Source: Kiritimatiellia bacterium (GTDB lineage: Bacteria; Verrucomicrobiota; Kiritimatiellia; RFP12; UBA1067). From it: DNA of 64,000 bases. The stretch lies in the NCBI GenBank assembly GCA_045599105.1, contig JAZRVL010000041.1:4295-68294 (forward strand), read 5' to 3'. Each line of letters begins with the position of its first letter. Within the stretch, counting starts at the first letter, position 1. A program made the position numbers and the translations under genes. This document shows positions 38,720 through 51,300 of this stretch, piece after piece. The notes under the pieces are model-generated. The model was not told the DNA's origin. It ran no database searches and saw only the letters and a list, made by a program, of their open reading frames with translations.

Positions 38720-41700
38720 CTATTTACTTGAAGCGGCGGGCTTTGACATAAGATAGAAAAATCCTTGCTTACCTTCGGCAGGAACCGTGATAACACCATT
38801 CGTCGCAACCGACCAGTTCGGGTTTTCGATAGTGTCCGTGGTGTAGACGCTGACATCAAGCAACGCCTTGCCATCCTCGATCTTAACGCACTCGAATTCG
38901 GCAGGTGAAATTGCGCCCGCCGGATCCTGTCCGCCGACTGCGGCGAAAAGATCGTTTAATACTATCCCGTTGACCGGAGACGTCGTAACAATTCCCTTGA
39001 GTGAGTTCGCGCCCAGCCTCACCGTTTCGGCAACCCGAGCCGCCATAACTTGGGACATCACCTCCGCCCACGGTCGTTCAGCCGCAGACGCAAAATCGTC
39101 CGTTCGTCCCCTGCCCTCAAAAACGAGCGTGCTATTGCCGTTCGTCCACACGACGACCGACTCACCGCTCTCCCACGGATTGCCCTCGCTGCCGAGTGGA
39201 CCTTGGCAATATAAGGCGATATCGCGGACGATGCCCGCCATTGTCGCCTTCGCCGCCGCAAGCGTACTGGCGTCCTCCACGCCGTCAAAGACCGTCTTCG
39301 ATTCCTCAACGAGCTCCAAGACTTTCGGCGAACGCTTCGCCACGGGACCTGCCAACTCCTCAATGTATGCGTCAAACTCCGTGCGATGCCACCGCGTCCA
39401 CAATGCGCCCTGTTCGGCGTTCGTTGGAATCGATGAGGCGAAGGGATAGGTCGGCACGTCCGTCGCGCCTCCTCCATCCCGCAAATCACAGTTGAACTCG
39501 GTCCAGTACCAAGCGAGCTCGTCGTGGAGCCGCTTCGCGTCTGCAAGCGTCCAAATCTGGTTGAAGTTGACCTGCGCCGTCGCCTCGGTGCAGCCGGACT
39601 TTCCACGGATCATCCACTTCTCCAACATTTTCGGCCACTCCTCGATGAGCCACTCCTCCTGCGCGCGCCAAAAAGCGCGAACGCCCGCGCCGTAGTAGGG
39701 GCGCACGTCTTGGCGAACGCCGTACGTATCGACGATGAAGCGCTTAAGCTCCGCGAGCGTGTCGAGCCGCAAGAACGCATCCGCCGCGCGCTTAGGGTCG
39801 TAGCCGAACTCCCCCTCCTGGTCACGCGAGTAGGCGTCCGGAATCTCCTTCATCGCCATACAGACCGGAAGAAATGTCGAATGTTCCGCCTGCGCGAGGC
39901 ATTCCCAAAGCGTGCAGCGGTAGTCCTCCGGCAGCGCGTGGCGCATCTGCAAGACATGGCTACTCGCCTGCTTCGTCGTGCCGATCACGCGGATCGAGGT
40001 GTCCTCTTCTTCCTCGGGACAGTTCACGCCCTCGTAGCGCGTCCGCATCAGCTCGAAAATGTCCGTAAGCGCGATCTTCTTCTCCGGCGTGAAGAAAAGC
40101 TCATAGTGGGTCGCGGTCAAATAGGAGTTCGACGGGTACGCCATCGGCGCCCAGGCGTTGTGTCCCCAGAAAGTGCGGTAGTTGGCGTAGTCCCACAAGG
40201 ACGGCGAATAGGTCTCGTAGAGATCGATGATGCCATTTCCCTTGTCCTTCCAGACGTCGAACCCGTTTTCAACGGCGAGAGAGACGAGCCCTGGCGAGTA
40301 CATCACGTTTTCGGTATCGTTCGTGTCGAATTCGCAGATGTTGAACTGGTTGCCGAAGACGGCGACCTGATCCTCCGGCATCCGCACGGCCGCCCACTCG
40401 TGGCCCGTGTACACCTCGACGTACCACGCCTCGTTCGTATCCGCGACCATGTAGATCTCGGGACCGGAATGTCCGTTCGCCTTGATCTTCTCCCCCAGCA
40501 TCTCCACGGCCTCGCGGGCGGTAGCGGCGTTGCCGACAAGAAAATCTGGGAAATTCTGCTCGCCAACGCCGCCCTCTTCGATGGGTTTAAATGGGTCGGC
40601 TTCGAGCGCTTGTTCGTCCGTCCGCCCGCTCACCGTCGCTGAGAGCATTACGCCCTTCTCGTTGATTGCCTCGCCGCCGTAGAAACCCTTGTTCATACTC
40701 GTCACAAACGAAGCGCAAATGAAGGCGTACTTGTTCTTCGTCCCGTCGAAGTGCATCTTCTCGCCGCGCTCGAAGCGGTTCATGCGTCGCGCGGCGTTAC
40801 ACGGCGGAAAGTCCATTGTCTGCCCGATCATCGTCGTCCCGTCGGCGGACACCTTCTTGCCAACATAAAACCCCGTGCCGTCGGTCGCGCCAATTCCGTC
40901 GCCGTCAATACAATTGTTCGCCGCAGCTTCCCACAAAAGTTCGTCGTACGTCCGCTTCGCATCCGCGAACGACTTTTCCTCTTCGTTGCGGGTGTAGCCC
41001 CAAAGCGCCTCGTATTGTCCCGATGCGATGGCTGCGGAAAGCTTCTGCGGCCATTCCTCGGCCCGTCGCATCTCGTCCTCCCGCCAGTGTGCACGAACAC
41101 GCGGACCATACAACTCGCGGTTTGACTGGGTGAGCGCCGAGAGCCGACGAAACGCGTCCGCCGCGCGGTTCGGGTCGTAGCCGAATGTTTGCTGCACGTC
41201 GTTGGTGTAGGCATCTGGCAAGTAGTCCTGCGAGGCGTTAATCGGATGGAATACGCCATGCTCACAATTTCCAAGACACGACCAGAGCGTTGCGCGCATT
41301 CGCTCCGGTGTATTCTCACGGCAGTCGAGTTGGAGGACGTGGCAGTTCCCTTGCTTGACCGTACCGATTACGCGGATCGGAAAGCTTGTGCGCGGCGTCG
41401 GGAGCTCCTCGTCCGACATATCCTCGTAGCGCGAGCGCATCAGTTCGAACATGTTGGTCGGCGCGATCTTGTAGCCCGGCTCGAAGAAGAGTTCGGGCAG
41501 GAGATCCGTCTCATAGTCCGGCAGGTTCTTATCCTCAAAGCGCTTATGTCCATACCAAGCGCGGAAGTTGTTGTAGCCCGACTCCACCGAACCTGGATCA
41601 GCGTAGGTCTTGTAAAGGTCGAGTTTTGTCTTGGTTTCGTCCGTCCAGACGTCAAATCCATTCTCAACGGCGAGAGAGACAAGTCCCGGCGAGAACATCA

Positions 41701-42346
41701 CATTCTCAGTATCGTTCGGATCAAAGCTACGCAGGTTGAAGTGGTTGCCGAAGACGGCGACCTTATCCTCGGGCATCTTCACCGCCGCCCACTGATGGCC
41801 CGTATAGACCTCGATGTACCACGCCTCATTCGTGTCGGCGACCATATAGATCTCTGCGCCGTCGTGCCCCCTCTCCTTGATGGCCTTCGCGAGTAGTTCC
41901 ACCGCCTCGCGAGCGGTCGCGGCGTTGCCAATCATGTACTCTGGGAGGTTGGGCTCACCGACGTCATTGTCATTGGACTTAACTGGATCAAATGGATCCT
42001 TTTCAAGCGCTTTTGGATTCGTCGCGCCAGTGATGGTGCCGGTGAGGATGACGCCTTTTTCGTTTACGGCGCTTCCAGCGTAGCGCCAAGCGTTGAGACT
42101 CGTTGACTTCGGAGCGCAGATATAACGATACTTGTTGACCGTTCCATCAAACGCCACTTTAGTCCCTGGCTCGCAAATTTGCTGGAACATCGTAGCGTTA
42201 TACGGCGAGAAGTCGACCGTCCGCCCGATGAGCACAGACCCGTCAGTCGTCACCTTCTTGCCAGCGTACATCCCAGTGCAAGCATCCGCCATATAAGGCA
42301 CGATGCACAGCGCAATTATCAAACCCAATACCAACATCTTTTTCAC
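38720..42346 (-). CDS. secreted tandem C69-family (Ntn-hydrolase dipeptidase-like) protein; second copy lacks the nucleophile Cys; unassigned C-terminal ~250 aa
   Basis: The signal peptide ends ...YMADA|CTGMYAGKKVTTDGSVLIGRTVDF, a C69 N-terminal Cys. The second copy starts TDGTGFYVGKKVSADGTTMIGQTMDF, with Gly at the Cys position. The track start is GTG 42346; an alternative ATG is at 42337. Confidence 0.7.
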   Translation of the reverse strand: MKKMLVLGLIIALCIVPYMADACTGMYAGKKVTTDGSVLIGRTVDFSPYNATMFQQICEPGTKVAFDGTVNKYRYICAPKSTSLNAWRYAGSAVNEKGVILTGTITGATNPKALEKDPFDPVKSNDNDVGEPNLPEYMIGNAATAREAVELLAKAIKERGHDGAEIYMVADTNEAWYIEVYTGHQWAAVKMPEDKVAVFGNHFNLRSFDPNDTENVMFSPGLVSLAVENGFDVWTDETKTKLDLYKTYADPGSVESGYNNFRAWYGHKRFEDKNLPDYETDLLPELFFEPGYKIAPTNMFELMRSRYEDMSDEELPTPRTSFPIRVIGTVKQGNCHVLQLDCRENTPERMRATLWSCLGNCEHGVFHPINASQDYLPDAYTNDVQQTFGYDPNRAADAFRRLSALTQSNRELYGPRVRAHWREDEMRRAEEWPQKLSAAIASGQYEALWGYTRNEEEKSFADAKRTYDELLWEAAANNCIDGDGIGATDGTGFYVGKKVSADGTTMIGQTMDFPPCNAARRMNRFERGEKMHFDGTKNKYAFICASFVTSMNKGFYGGEAINEKGVMLSATVSGRTDEQALEADPFKPIEEGGVGEQNFPDFLVGNAATAREAVEMLGEKIKANGHSGPEIYMVADTNEAWYVEVYTGHEWAAVRMPEDQVAVFGNQFNICEFDTNDTENVMYSPGLVSLAVENGFDVWKDKGNGIIDLYETYSPSLWDYANYRTFWGHNAWAPMAYPSNSYLTATHYELFFTPEKKIALTDIFELMRTRYEGVNCPEEEEDTSIRVIGTTKQASSHVLQMRHALPEDYRCTLWECLAQAEHSTFLPVCMAMKEIPDAYSRDQEGEFGYDPKRAADAFLRLDTLAELKRFIVDTYGVRQDVRPYYGAGVRAFWRAQEEWLIEEWPKMLEKWMIRGKSGCTEATAQVNFNQIWTLADAKRLHDELAWYWTEFNCDLRDGGGATDVPTYPFASSIPTNAEQGALWTRWHRTEFDAYIEELAGPVAKRSPKVLELVEESKTVFDGVEDASTLAAAKATMAGIVRDIALYCQGPLGSEGNPWESGESVVVWTNGNSTLVFEGRGRTDDFASAAERPWAEVMSQVMAARVAETVRLGANSLKGIVTTSPVNGIVLNDLFAAVGGQDPAGAISPAEFECVKIEDGKALLDVSVYTTDTIENPNWSVATNGVITVPAEGKQGFFYLMSKPAASSK
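39467..42280 (-). repeat. intragenic tandem duplication of the ~465-aa C69 module (copy 1 ~40907-42280, copy 2 ~39467-40879)
   Basis: The copies align over their length. For example, EIYMVADTNEAWYIEVYTGHQWAAVKMPEDKVAVFGN matches EIYMVADTNEAWYVEVYTGHEWAAVRMPEDQVAVFGN. Both copies end ADAKR..DEL.W....NC....G.GATD. Confidence 0.8.
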
Positions 42347-42354
42347 CTTTTATA

Positions 42355-45300
42355 TTACCTAACGATGATCCGCGGAGACCGACGAAGTGAAGGTGTCTTC
42401 GGGAACTCCTCCACGTAGGCCTTAATCTCCGAGGCGTTCAAAACGCGCGAATAAATTCGGCCATCTTGCAAATAAACGTTTTCATCGTCCGTTTGTGCGT
42501 GCGAATATTTATAGGTAATACCATTATAAAGGAATGCCTGCGAGTTACCTACCGAAGTTTCCTTATCTACGCCATCAACATAAAGCTTCCAAACCTTAAG
42601 TGTGTTATCAAAGGTAATAATATAGGTGTGCGTCTGCTTGTTCGCAAATGGAACTTCAATTTCGCCGCACGGATACGACATTGATCCTACATAATCAATG
42701 AAGAACTTGATTGCGGTCGATGAGTCGCCAGTTTTAAGACCAACTCGTATTTTTCCACCAGCCGATAGTGTCTCAGCCCAAATCTCAGTATTTGCTTCCG
42801 CCGTCTTAAGCGAGCAGGCAATAGTCATCGGCGAGGGCGAAACCTTAAGCACAGTCGCATCGTAAGTCGTATTCTCCGTACTGAACTGGTAGAAAATATC
42901 ATCAAGGTTTGCCGCTTGTTCAACGACATAAAGGCCGTCCTCACGCTTTTCGAGAGTAAGACCGGCTGCCGCAAGCGATGCGCTCGTAAAGGTATTCGAG
43001 TATTGGGTAGTCCACGAAAGAATACGCGTCCCGACTGCAACTGAAGTTGGAACGACGAGCTCGATCGTATCCTGAGCGAGCGCAACCCCTCCTAAAGTAA
43101 TTGGCGCTACTCCTGCGGCGAGCGAAATCTTCGCGCAGTCAATCGATCCGGAACCAGTCAATGTATAGGACGTCAAAGTCGAATTGAAGCTCATCGCAGA
43201 GCAAGCAACCGCTTCATTGACGGTAACTGTAACCTCGCTCACCAGCCCACCGCTTGTCGTTGAAACCGCATCGTCAAAACTGACCGCACTGCCGCTTGTC
43301 GTGCCAATTCCATTGTTGAAGCTGCTCGCCGTCCATGTACCGCTCTCCGTGGACCACGCCGTTCCGCCTACGCTTGCATTCGCCGCCGCGCAAAGCCAGC
43401 CCTCGGAAACTGCAAGTTCCTTATCCAGCAACGCTCCTGCGACGCGGAAAGTCGCCTTCGAGAACTCAAATCCGTCCTCGACGTGAATGAGCTTAAGCAC
43501 TCCCGTCGCGCCTTCCGTTCCACTTGCGTCAATAATACCAACTGGATTGGTGGCGAGGATATACCGACTATTGAGCTTGATTTTGAGTGTGCCATTACCA
43601 TTAAGCGCAATCTTACTCGTGCTTGGCGACGTGAAAGTAAAGGTGTTTAAGTTAATTGTCTGATTTGAAAGTGGCGCAAAAACGACAAGTCCGCGATCAT
43701 CAAGTTCCGCCCCATACTCGCCACCAATTGCACCGTCCCGATCAAAGCCAACGCACCCCTTCTCATCCACTGCCACTTCAACAAGCCCTCCCGCATTACT
43801 TATTGCAAGCATGAGCGATTGCCTGTAATTGGCCGTCTCCTCCAAAGAGGTAACGGTAACCGTAAAGTGGCCTGGCTGATTGCCGCTCGCCTTCGGGAAA
43901 GAGCCCGTAAACGAAGTATACTCCGTTTGCGTCACTTCAATCCACCGATTGCCGGAGTTTGTCGTATCGTAGCGGAATGCACCACTACCGCTCAAGTTGG
44001 TAATCTTAAATGGCGTTTCCGCAGTATTATAACTTGGCCCGATATAGACAATCGAGTTGTTGCAAAATGAAAGCGTAGATGCAAAAGACTTGGTAGGCGG
44101 ATAAATGGACTTGCCGTCTACTGTCGCACGAAACTCGACCGTACCTTCGCCGGTAATGTTGCGCAGATCGCACTCTTCAAGCGAGGTCACATTTTCCGCA
44201 TGTTCAAATACGAGTCGTCCGCCATGCTCAATAATGACCTCATGGCCGTTAAGTGGTTCAGGATTGACATTGCTAATTGCGACCCGCACTGTCACACCAT
44301 CCGTAATGACGAGCTTCGCCGCATCTTTGATAAGGCAAAGACGCGCTTCACCGATGCCGACTAAGCGGAGCGTACCATTGCCTGAAAGATAAATATCATT
44401 GCCGAGCTCTTCCGTACCAAAACTATTGACATTGCGCTCAACAACTTCATTATCTTCGGTCTCAATTGCATCTGGCCAAGCGGGGAATTCATCCGCGAGC
44501 GCTTGAATCGCCGCAGGCGGCAATGCATAGTCATAAGCGCGCACATCGTCGAGAATGCCATCCGCAGATTTTGCCCCGACTCCGCCGCCACAAACGCTGA
44601 AGAACTGCCACTTCACCAGTTCAGGCAATGGCTGGGCCCCTGAAAGCTCATTGACTTCACCAACCTTCTGACCGTCCACATAGAAAGTATAAATACCTTT
44701 ACGATACGTAAGTGCGTAAGAATAGAAGCGCGCTGTTGCCGCCATTACATCGGCTTGAATGAGGTACGTAAAGCCATTACCGCCGCCCCAACGACTAATT
44801 GCCGCGTGAGTCGCATCAACTGTCGTGAGCGCAAGGCCAGCCGAATTGTCGCCTAACGAAAAGTGCATGGCCTTTTGATTCGTTCCTAAGCGCGCACACC
44901 ACGCAAATGTCCAATCATTGGGACCAATGTAGAAGCGTCGCTCGTCATTCGCGTTATTATTGGCCTTTTCGGCTTTCACGCCATACCCATTGCGCGTCTT
45001 CGTATACGCATCGAGATTCAAGCTGCCGAGGTTGGTAATGCCGTGACTACCCCAGCTGTTGACATCCTGGTCGAACTTAAGCCCGGTCGTGACATCGTTG
45101 ATGGAGGCGATTTTGTAGATGAGTTTATTGCCGCTCTGCGTCCATACGCCCATTGGATTCGTCTCGCCGTTCGGTCCGACAATTTCGACAAAGAACTTAT
45201 CCGCCTCATAGGTGAAACCATCCGCAATTTGAATGAGATCTTGAGCAATGCCCACGTCGGCCAAGGTGAAGACAAGCTTTCCGACGGGATTCGAAGCGAG

Positions 45301-48300
45301 AGTCGCAATCGAGGGCGCAAGGCCCGTCAAAGTAACTCCGCCCGAAACCACCAGCGAGCCTGTGAATTGACGGAACTGGTCGGTAAGCGCAACCGACGAG
45401 TCGCCGCTCGCATTGCCATTAAAGGTAATTGCCGAAACGCCGCCTAAATAAGCATCTCCAACGAGGGTCGTAAAGTTATTCGATCCTGCGTTGAGGTCAA
45501 AGACGAGCGGCTGGGCTTCTGCACCCTCCGTCTTCCAAACAAGTTTCCCGTTTTCAATGTCGTCCATTGTTACCGCCTTCCAACGGCGATCTCCATTGGG
45601 ATCAATTGCGACCATCGTCAATGGCTCACTGCCAAGAGTGAAATCATCTTGAACCGACATTATTTCGGTCTTACCATCAAACGCACTTACATTAAACTTA
45701 ATTGAGCCAGTTGTGCCGGAATAAAGTCTGTACTTGCTTGCAACGTCCGAATAGGTCGTAAGGTCAATTACATCACCATTGGTGGTAATATATCCATTGC
45801 CCGTTAAGTTTTTGCTTTCGTTGACCCTGGCGTTCCGTCCCATAATCAACAAGCCGCTATTGTTAATGTCTCCATTCCAATAGCCATTGAGCTCCAAGCA
45901 GCCCGAAGATTCAATATCCAGCGGCTGACTGCTGTTGGAATGACCGCCGGAAGTCTGCGATGACGTGCCGGAATATATCAGCCGCCGATTAACCGATGGC
46001 GCAGATTCGCTACCCGCGACCACCAACTTAACACCAATCGTCGCACTAAACAATGTAAATGCGGGACACAACGCTCCGTTCCACTCGCTCGCTCGCGTTT
46101 GAGTGGTGCGAACGGCGCGAAGTCCAGCCATTGCAGTTACGCGTGAAAAATCAGTACCCACAATGCTCTGGATGTTGTTAGCATTAATGTTTCCGATACC
46201 AATCGTACCCGCGCCGCTAAGATTCGAGACATCCATTGGATTCGTTTTATGATCAAGCTGCATCTCAAGCTCGGTCCGCAAGACGAGCGTGAGTGTGGAC
46301 GCAAACATCTTCGCCTTAACTGGCACCACAAATCGGTAATTGCCGTCCCCGACAATTTCCACTTCGCCATCACCCGTAAGCCCACTCCAATTTGCATTCG
46401 TGGTACTGTAATAGATTGTGTGATGGAGGACGAGCTTTGAGCCAGCTTTAACTTCAACATGTCCAGTTTCAACTGGCGAAATATTGCTGCTTAGAGTAAG
46501 AGTTGTGATAGCTCCCGTATCGATCGACAATGTCCCTAAGCCCGTAACATATTCAAAGGTCGGGAGAATGTCGCCCTGAACAGTTGCAGGACCATTCAGC
46601 GTCCATTCAATCGGCAACTTAGCCGAAGCGTTACTATTCGCTTTTAAAATAACGGCTTGTGTCGCCAAACCGCTGACCGGTCCAATAGTAAGTTGCGTCG
46701 TTGGTGAAGCATCGACAACGACTGTCGCTCCATCTACCGCTGCTTCAAGTCGCGCCGCATAGACGTCGCGCCAGTTTTCAATCGTAACTTCGCTATCATC
46801 GTACGCGAGCCAAGTAAGCTCCGTCCAATCCGTTTCTCCGGCTGGTACAGTCGCGTGGATTTCTGGCGGAACGAGGTAGACAAAAGTTCCTTCGCGCGCA
46901 AGGAAGAATCCTTCCGTCCGCCCTCCTTCAGTTGGCTGAAACGCCTGCACATCCAATCCGCCAATCGGCCACATGGAATCTTCGCTAATCGTAAGCACCT
47001 TCTGGCGCGAGGCCTTGACGCGATCAGTGATTGCGAGATAGAGGAAGCCCTGCGCACCCTCTCCGAGCGCCCACTTCTCCGACGGCTCGTAGATATAGAC
47101 CGTATCATTGCCACCGCTTCTCAAGACGCCGCTCGAAGCACCGCTAAGGCGCATCTCGGTTGCGGGATAAAGCTCGCCGCCTTCAATTTCAAGATTGTTT
47201 ACGTTTACGCTCTCGAAGCCCTCGAAGTGAAGCTCGCTAACATTAAGCTCACCGTTCTCGGTAATGGTGAGTGTAAAATTCTTAACCGATTCATCCGCTG
47301 GGACGAAGGTAAGGGTATCGAAGTGCGCCGCCGCATCCAAAGTTAATTCGGCACCATCTTGGGCAACCGTAATTACACCATCTGCCGTCCAATCAAGAAA
47401 GCTTTCGCTCCACTTCTTCGGGAACGCCGTCCCATTCCCCGACCACGCGGCGTCGTCCCAGTTAAGCTTCGTCACATTAACGCTCATCGTATAAGGCGAG
47501 GCAATGCCATCGCGCTTCACGAGACAAAGTGCACCGTTGACGACTGCGAGCGAGCAAGTGCTGCCATCGACTTCCAGCTTGCGCAAATCTTGCATATTCC
47601 AATAATGGCCCGTCCCATTAATAACCACTTGCGGCGTTTCACTTGGTGTCCACTCGGAAACGTCGATCTTCACCTTGGAGCCGTCTTCCGGCCAAATAAT
47701 TTCGGTCGTCCCGTTCCAATCAAGGTACTTTCCATCTTCCGCTTTAAGGTAAGCGCCCTTCTCCAAGATAAGCTTCATCTTGTGCGCGCCCTGCAAAGTG
47801 AACTCGCCGCCATCGCCTATCGTAACTTCGCTTTGATTATCCCCATCTCCTCGCAAGGCCTCTGCTTCAAAGACGCCACCTGATGCGACCTCCACGATGG
47901 GCGAGATAATTTCATCGCCCTCAAAGTCGCCGCCTGAAACATAAAGCCGCGTAGTAAAGGTAAGCGGGAGCTCAAAGTGCGTCCAACCGCCGATCACGAG
48001 CGAATCGAAAGTAAGGGTTGCATCAAGTGCGGTTTGCGAACGCTTGAATGTATAATGCGTCGTTGAGTTCGCAAAGCATGTAAATGGACTTACAATCGAA
48101 GTTGCAAGCTGCACCGTCGCTTCGTTGCCTGTGATATCAGGGAAGTATACCCGTTCAGATGAATCAAAGGCGGCCGGTTGACCATTCTTACGCCACGGCT
48201 TAAAGGTCTTTTCCGAGGTCCACACTTCATCCGCGCTCACCCATTCGAGAAGCGTGCCCGACTGGAAGATCGTACCGGTTTGAGTGTATTCCGCAATAAT

Positions 48301-51300
48301 CTCGCCTTCATCTTGCGCTTTCACCTTAACCACAAACTCACCCTCCACCACCATCGCGCTCGCAATCGGCACCACTTGATAGAAGTTACCGTCCTCATAA
48401 GGCAAGACAATCGTCGTTCCATTCGCAAATTCAAGGCGCTCAAGATTGGAAAGCGGCAGCTTCTCCATTTCCAAGGTTACGCCTTCATCAATGCGAATCG
48501 TCCCGTCAAGACCATCCGCGTTACCCACAATCACGCGTCCTGAACCCGTAAAGACGAGCTTGCCATCAGTTCCTGCGTTAAATACCGCATCCAAGCGACA
48601 GACCGCGCCCTCGGCGAGCTGAACGGTCGTCGTGCCAATCAAGTTGAACCGACCATTATTCGTCGTCAAGAATCCGCAATTCCCGCTCATCTCCAATGTC
48701 GACTTATCAAGATAAAAGTCTTCTGTCGCATCCACGGCAAGCGTCGAATCGGTCATCACCAGCTTCTTCTCGCTTATGCGCTCAGAATAATTATTGCCGT
48801 TATTGTCCTTCGCTCCCCGCCAGCGGTTCTGACGGAAGGTTAAAACTGAATTATCGAGCGTTGCCAAGGTCTCGCCCGCGAAACCCTCGAATGCCTCGTA
48901 GGTCTCGAGAGTAAGCGCGATATTCGTCAGCGAAAGCGGCAAAAACCTTACGAGCTCGCCTTTGGTCTTTTGTTGATTGGTTCGTAAAACGTTGTTGCTT
49001 GAGACAATTGGATCTTGCCCTACAAACGCAAGAGTTTGCAACGCATCGTCGATTCCTCCCAAATCGAGAATCGCGCCGCCACCCTGAAAAGCAATGCTTC
49101 TTGCATTCGAAACTCCGTTAATGAAATAATACTTCTCGCCTTCGTTGTTGTTATTAAGAACGAGATTACCGGTATTGGTAAAGTTAATTTTGCCCAAACC
49201 TACACCGCCCGAAATGCCAATCTCAAGTGTGCCGCCCGAGATATTGAGATCCTTCATGAGTCTGAGCCATCCCGTACCGCCGAGCGAGAAAGTATCGCTA
49301 TTGCCTTGGGTAATATTCATCGTCATACCACCGTAGGGTAGCGTCGTGCGCCCAAGCTCAGCCGGAATCTGATTGGGATTAAGCGTAATCGAAGTATCGC
49401 CCGAAACATCGAAGTTAATGTTGTTGGCGTGATAAAACTCCGTCGCCTCGCCTTTCTTCGTCCAGTTCTTGCTCGTCATATCCCACGTGCCGGAGTTTCC
49501 GCCATTCCACGTATAATCGTAGGTGTCGACGATCTTAATCAAGGGGTCTCCATACAGCATTTCAATCATCATGCAGTAAAGACCGCCCTCGTTGATATTC
49601 TTCTGCCCCACAGGCAAGTTGGAATTACCGTTACTGAGATAAGTCCTAACCGAGTTTAGCCACGCCTCGCCTGCGCAGTAACCCTGCGCCACATTATCAC
49701 ACATGTGATAGTGCATGCGGTTGGAAAGTCCCTTGCCGTTAAGTTCCTCCGTTTCGAAGTAGCTTAACCCCACGCGAGAGTTGTTCATTGACGCAATAAA
49801 GCCGCCCGTCTCCGTAATATTCGCAAGCCCCGCTTCACCAAGGCAGAGATTCAAAACGAGTTTACCATTGTTTCGTCCATAAAGATCGGGATATCCCGTC
49901 TCGCACGAGATACCGACGACGTTAATCTTGGTAAGCCCTGGCTTGGTGGCAAACATCGTTGAATTGAACATCGAGGAGCCGCCCGCCCAGCCATGTCCGT
50001 TATTCGAGCCCGTTTCCCGATCGTAATTGTAAAAATCCTCATAGAAAGAGCCCTTCGTCGAATTGTGCGAAACGATGTCTGGCTCATGGAACCCAATCGC
50101 ATCAATAATCGGATGACGCGGAGCCATAATCTCTTTCGCGTGACGACGGGTAAGAGGCCCATCATCACGAAAACCAAATCCATGATTGGGATCGTACATA
50201 TTCGGAACATTATCAAAGAACTCACGCTCATCACGAAGCACTAAGCGCGGATCGGTCAAATCGCGTGGAGTATAGTTCAAGGGCGAAGAAGTAAGACCCA
50301 TCTTGAAGTTACCGACGAACTTCGGATCTTCGGCGCGATTCACCTTCTTGACGAAGTTGGTGATAATCTCATACTGATTCAGCGTCACACCATTGACCGT
50401 CACTGGCTTCATCGTCATGCGCGAAACCGCAAAGTCTGGCCTTAAGTTGCAGTGCTCGGATTCGTGATCAACAATCTTGCCACTCGCGTCAAGAATTCGC
50501 GTCATGTAGCGTCCATCACCATTGTAGTCCCAAGGATGGTCAGGATTTTCCGCACCCCGCGTCACGCAGGCGTAGAAGAGGTCGGTCGGAGCGCGTCCGC
50601 CATGACACTCCATACAAATGGAGGGAACTGCATTGGCGAGGGTAATCTCCGTACCATCTTGCAAGTAATGCGCTTCGCTATTGTCCGCCGTCACATCATA
50701 CCACGAGCCGCCGAGAACCACATTTTTAAGTGCGTGACCTGCGGCATATTGAGTTAAGTACGCATGAAGCGATTCTGCCGCGTTCGCGTAGGTGTCGCGC
50801 GTTTCGCCCTTCCAGCCCTTGAACGGATAAGTGTCGTAAGCGTCGTAGGTGTTGATAATGTCAAAGGTAAGCGTCGAATGGTTTTTCTTACGCTCGCCGA
50901 TGTACCACTTCCAAGTATCGTACAAATCGGGCGGCGAGACCATGAGGTAATCGACTTGCGTACCCGCAGCGGCGGCCATTAGCGCTTCGGCCTTCGGAGC
51001 AGCATCGTCAGGATTGACGAGTGTGGAGAGTGTGGAGGCAAGATAGTCGGGATGGACGAGGGGGGATGTAGTTGGAGTTGGAGTTGTAGTTGTAGTGGGG
51101 GTGGAGAAGCTTGACATCAATTGTGGCTTGGTCTCAAAGACCACCGAAAGCTTGAGGTTTTTGGCCTTCTCCAATAATCCTGTCTTTTCGCAATATCTAA
51201 ACGGCGTTACGCCTACAATAACAACATCAAGTCCAGTTATTTTCGTCGGCCGCCCAACAGCAATACTTTCGGGATATGTCGCCTCGGCGGTCGACTCAAT

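Noticed and set aside
39524-40642. 372-aa plus-strand ORF and many other 60-235-aa ORFs on both strands between 38.8 and 42.1 kb
   Set aside because: They are Arg/Pro/Ala-rich shadow ORFs typical of GC-rich coding DNA. The minus-strand frame encodes a coherent duplicated C69 peptidase.
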